Source: Lingula anatina | Taxonomy: Eukaryota; Animalia; Brachiopoda | Direction of reading: 5' to 3' | DNA: 64,000 nt | Assembly: GCA_051362555.1 (NCBI GenBank) | Contig: CM120645.1 | Coordinates: 2,356,001-2,420,000, forward strand | Shown here: positions 61,266 through 64,000 of the stretch, piece by piece | Position numbering within the stretch: the stretch's first letter is position 1 | How the letters are laid out: each line of letters opens with the position of its first letter | Made by a program: the position numbers and the translations under genes | Notes under the pieces: generated by a model | The model's database searches: none | What the model saw: only the letters and a program-made list of their open reading frames with translations | Told to the model about the DNA's origin: nothing

Positions 61266-64000
61266 GTAACTAAATGAGTTCTTGCAATTTGAACGTCGAG
61301 CCCAGCGTTTTGGAATCTCAAGGGTCTAATAATATAACTCTGTTAACCAAGAGTAATATGTCTTGGTTATTTTCTTATAATCCAACACTATAGAGCATTA
61401 GAAAGCTCATTTAAAAAGTATGTCATTCTTTTCACTTATCTAGTTATTTATTCATTGTGATATTCCAAATTATATGTTCTTGAAGCTAGAGAGATCTAAG
61501 GCTCCGTAAGTGTTTCGGGACTAATATCAGCATATGTATAACTCTTATGTCAAACCATGACGTACGAATGTTTAACGCTCATGAGGACGCAAGCAAGATC
61601 CTTGAAGAACCATAGTTATCTTGTATTTGTACAATAATTGAGGTTTTACCTTGTAATACGTCTGGTTTTACCTGCTTCGGAACAAATCCACCTGACACTG
61701 AATTATCCCCCTGAGAATATAGATCGTGGAAGTGCAGCTAGCCTTCTGGTTAAAACCATGAATTTTTTATTTTCAGAGAAGATTATGTCAATTTACATGA
61801 CACGCATTATGTACTCTGCGTCCTCAGGGTTGTTGTCTCCACGCATATTTTTATACATAGGACCGCCGCCTGCGTCTGTTGTCGTCGTGCACTTTTCATC
61901 GTAAACACGATACAGAAAAGGAAAATCTTGTAATTTTTTAGTCTCAAACTTACAGAAATGATCCACGGTATTAAAACACCGCTTGTAACGTACGCAACCC
62001 AGCCTGATTAGATTCTTGTATTGAAGTTACGTAGTTTTTGTGAAATTATCATTTTCACATATTGGCATTTTCAATGTGGAAATTTGAAATCCCATGGGCC
62101 TGAAGTCCTGTTATCATTTTCTGAATGTCCAAGTTACTTTTAGCATACTGAAATGCAGCGAGTAACGTTTTATCGTATTGCATCAAAATTGACAATTATT
62201 CACTGTCGTTATTTCTGCTTTATATCTGTACATTTGACAGCTTAACTACCGTTAAAGCATTGAATCCTTGTATCAGGCCCTCGATTATTCTGAACAACCT
62301 ATTAAAACTACAGGTCTATGCATTTTGAGTTTCAAAATGTTAACAACCAAGTGCCATATTATGTCTCTCTATATATCACATGTACCACGAAGGCAGGGGA
62401 CGGGAAGCAACCGTTGGTCACCATCGCGGCTTTCTGTGTCAGATTCTGTCAATCAAAAATTTATGGACTGGGATACAAAAGCTGAGATCAAATTAGACCT
62501 GACATACATATGCACCAGTCACCACAAGTTTCAAAATAAACAATTGATTTGTCTGTTTTCTATTCACCAGAAAGACATTTCAATGCAGTGATTTGCATCT
62601 TCAAAACAGGACACGCACAAACTTCAAAGAGAGTTTTAAAAAGATATACAGGAAGCTAGAGTTACTGTCTTGTAACGTATATGAATTATTAGTGCTAGTT
62701 TCTTACACGACACAAATAAAATCCACATGCCAAAAATAAATGAATAAATAGATAAATAAATAAATAAAAGATAGAAAAGACCATTAATCTCCTGGACAGC
62801 AGAAAAAACCTTTAAACTATCCCTTCTACAAATGTCTTGTCGTAAATTTGACCTAATATTTCCCTCCAGTCTATAAAGCGCAGAAGTAATAGAAAATATC
62901 TGTGCAAATATCATTTTTTGAGAAGAAATGATGTAACGAAACTCTGCGGCATATCTTCAAGTTATCCATTTTGATAATATACGGTCGCATTTGGTCAAAA
63001 TTTGAACCAATGATTTGACATAATATGACATAAGTACCTGCGTAATATGCATCTTTAAGATAAAAAAATTCAAAGGCAATAAAAACATTAGACGCAAGGT
63101 GATTTTTGCCCTTGAAACCCCCCCCCCCCCCCCCCCCCCCAAACGAGCACAGTGATATCTAAAAAATGGCAATATCCCACAGGGAATTTCACATCGCCTG
63201 CGACACCTGCGTTTTGCGCGTCCTCCCTGTTAATGTGTCATCGCTGTATCGTCCCCAGAGGAGAACAATCGATAAGCGATGAAAATCGATAGAAGCAATA
63301 TCACGTTCAACATGCTAACGTAAACGCAATCTTGTGGTGAAGACAAAACACTGCAATAATACTAATCTGCTTTGAAAATACAAGCTCAGTGTGTGTCTAG
63401 TGTCTAAATGTACATATTAACAAGACCAGCCTTCTTTTCTACGGTGCCTTATATCGACTGTGGCGTTCGCGGACTTAAATGGCGCGTTAGACCTTCGTAT
63501 AGCAAAAGTTTTCTTTTCCAGGAATTTTTTTCAGCTTTCTCTTTTTTTACCATGGCATACCCTATCCAAAAACGTCAAGGATATAACTATCTTCCCTCCT
63601 TCCAGTTTATAACTTCTAACTTTACCGTTGCTAGTGAAATTGATCTCTCTCTCTCTCTCTCCCAGACGACACTGTCTCAAAAACTAGATACTTAGAACTA
63701 AAAATGGAATTGCGGTTTATGGATCGTAATTCTGTGAAAACTTCTGGATATAATATACGTTAGTGGTTAGGGGAAAATGTTGCTATTTCCTGGAAAATAC
63801 AAATATTTTGCTATATTAAGCACTTAAGCTCACTATGTGTCTTTAGTCGCAAGTTGCCGCAGTGATAACGCTTTCGTGTTTTTAGCAGAATTTTGCAAAA
63901 GACCAATTCTTATTGCCCTTTATCTTAATGCCAAGAAGGCGCTACTTGCGTTGTCATGGTTGCACATTCATTGACGCCGTGGTTTAGAGAGCTTATGTTG

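Overview
AT-rich, intron-rich eukaryotic (metazoan invertebrate, probably lophotrochozoan/mollusc-like) genomic DNA; the ORF track is mostly noise because the real genes are spliced. Manual exon assembly gives: (1) two tandem, intact, 12-exon minus-strand PM20D1-like M20 amidohydrolase genes (10615-20455, 532 aa; 22432-32972, 524 aa); (2) head-to-head with the second copy, a complete 24-exon plus-strand ALDH1L (10-formyl-THF dehydrogenase, ALDH1L2-like with a mitochondrial-type presequence; 33287-53699, 921 aa); (3) the first coding exon of an MFSD4A-like transporter (59044-59486). Introns carry a 4.6-kb Helentron/HINE-like element with a 146-bp satellite array, several MITEs, a splice-donor-containing minisatellite, duplicated exon fragments and a frameshifted nested ORF. 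Most notable: the PM20D1-ALDH1L-MFSD4 cluster looks like the pre-vertebrate version of a block now split across human paralogons; about 22 perfect DR1/RORE nuclear-receptor elements sit inside one PM20D1 paralog; ten decoy splice donors follow a true donor that has been strengthened; and the paralogs show mosaic gene conversion.
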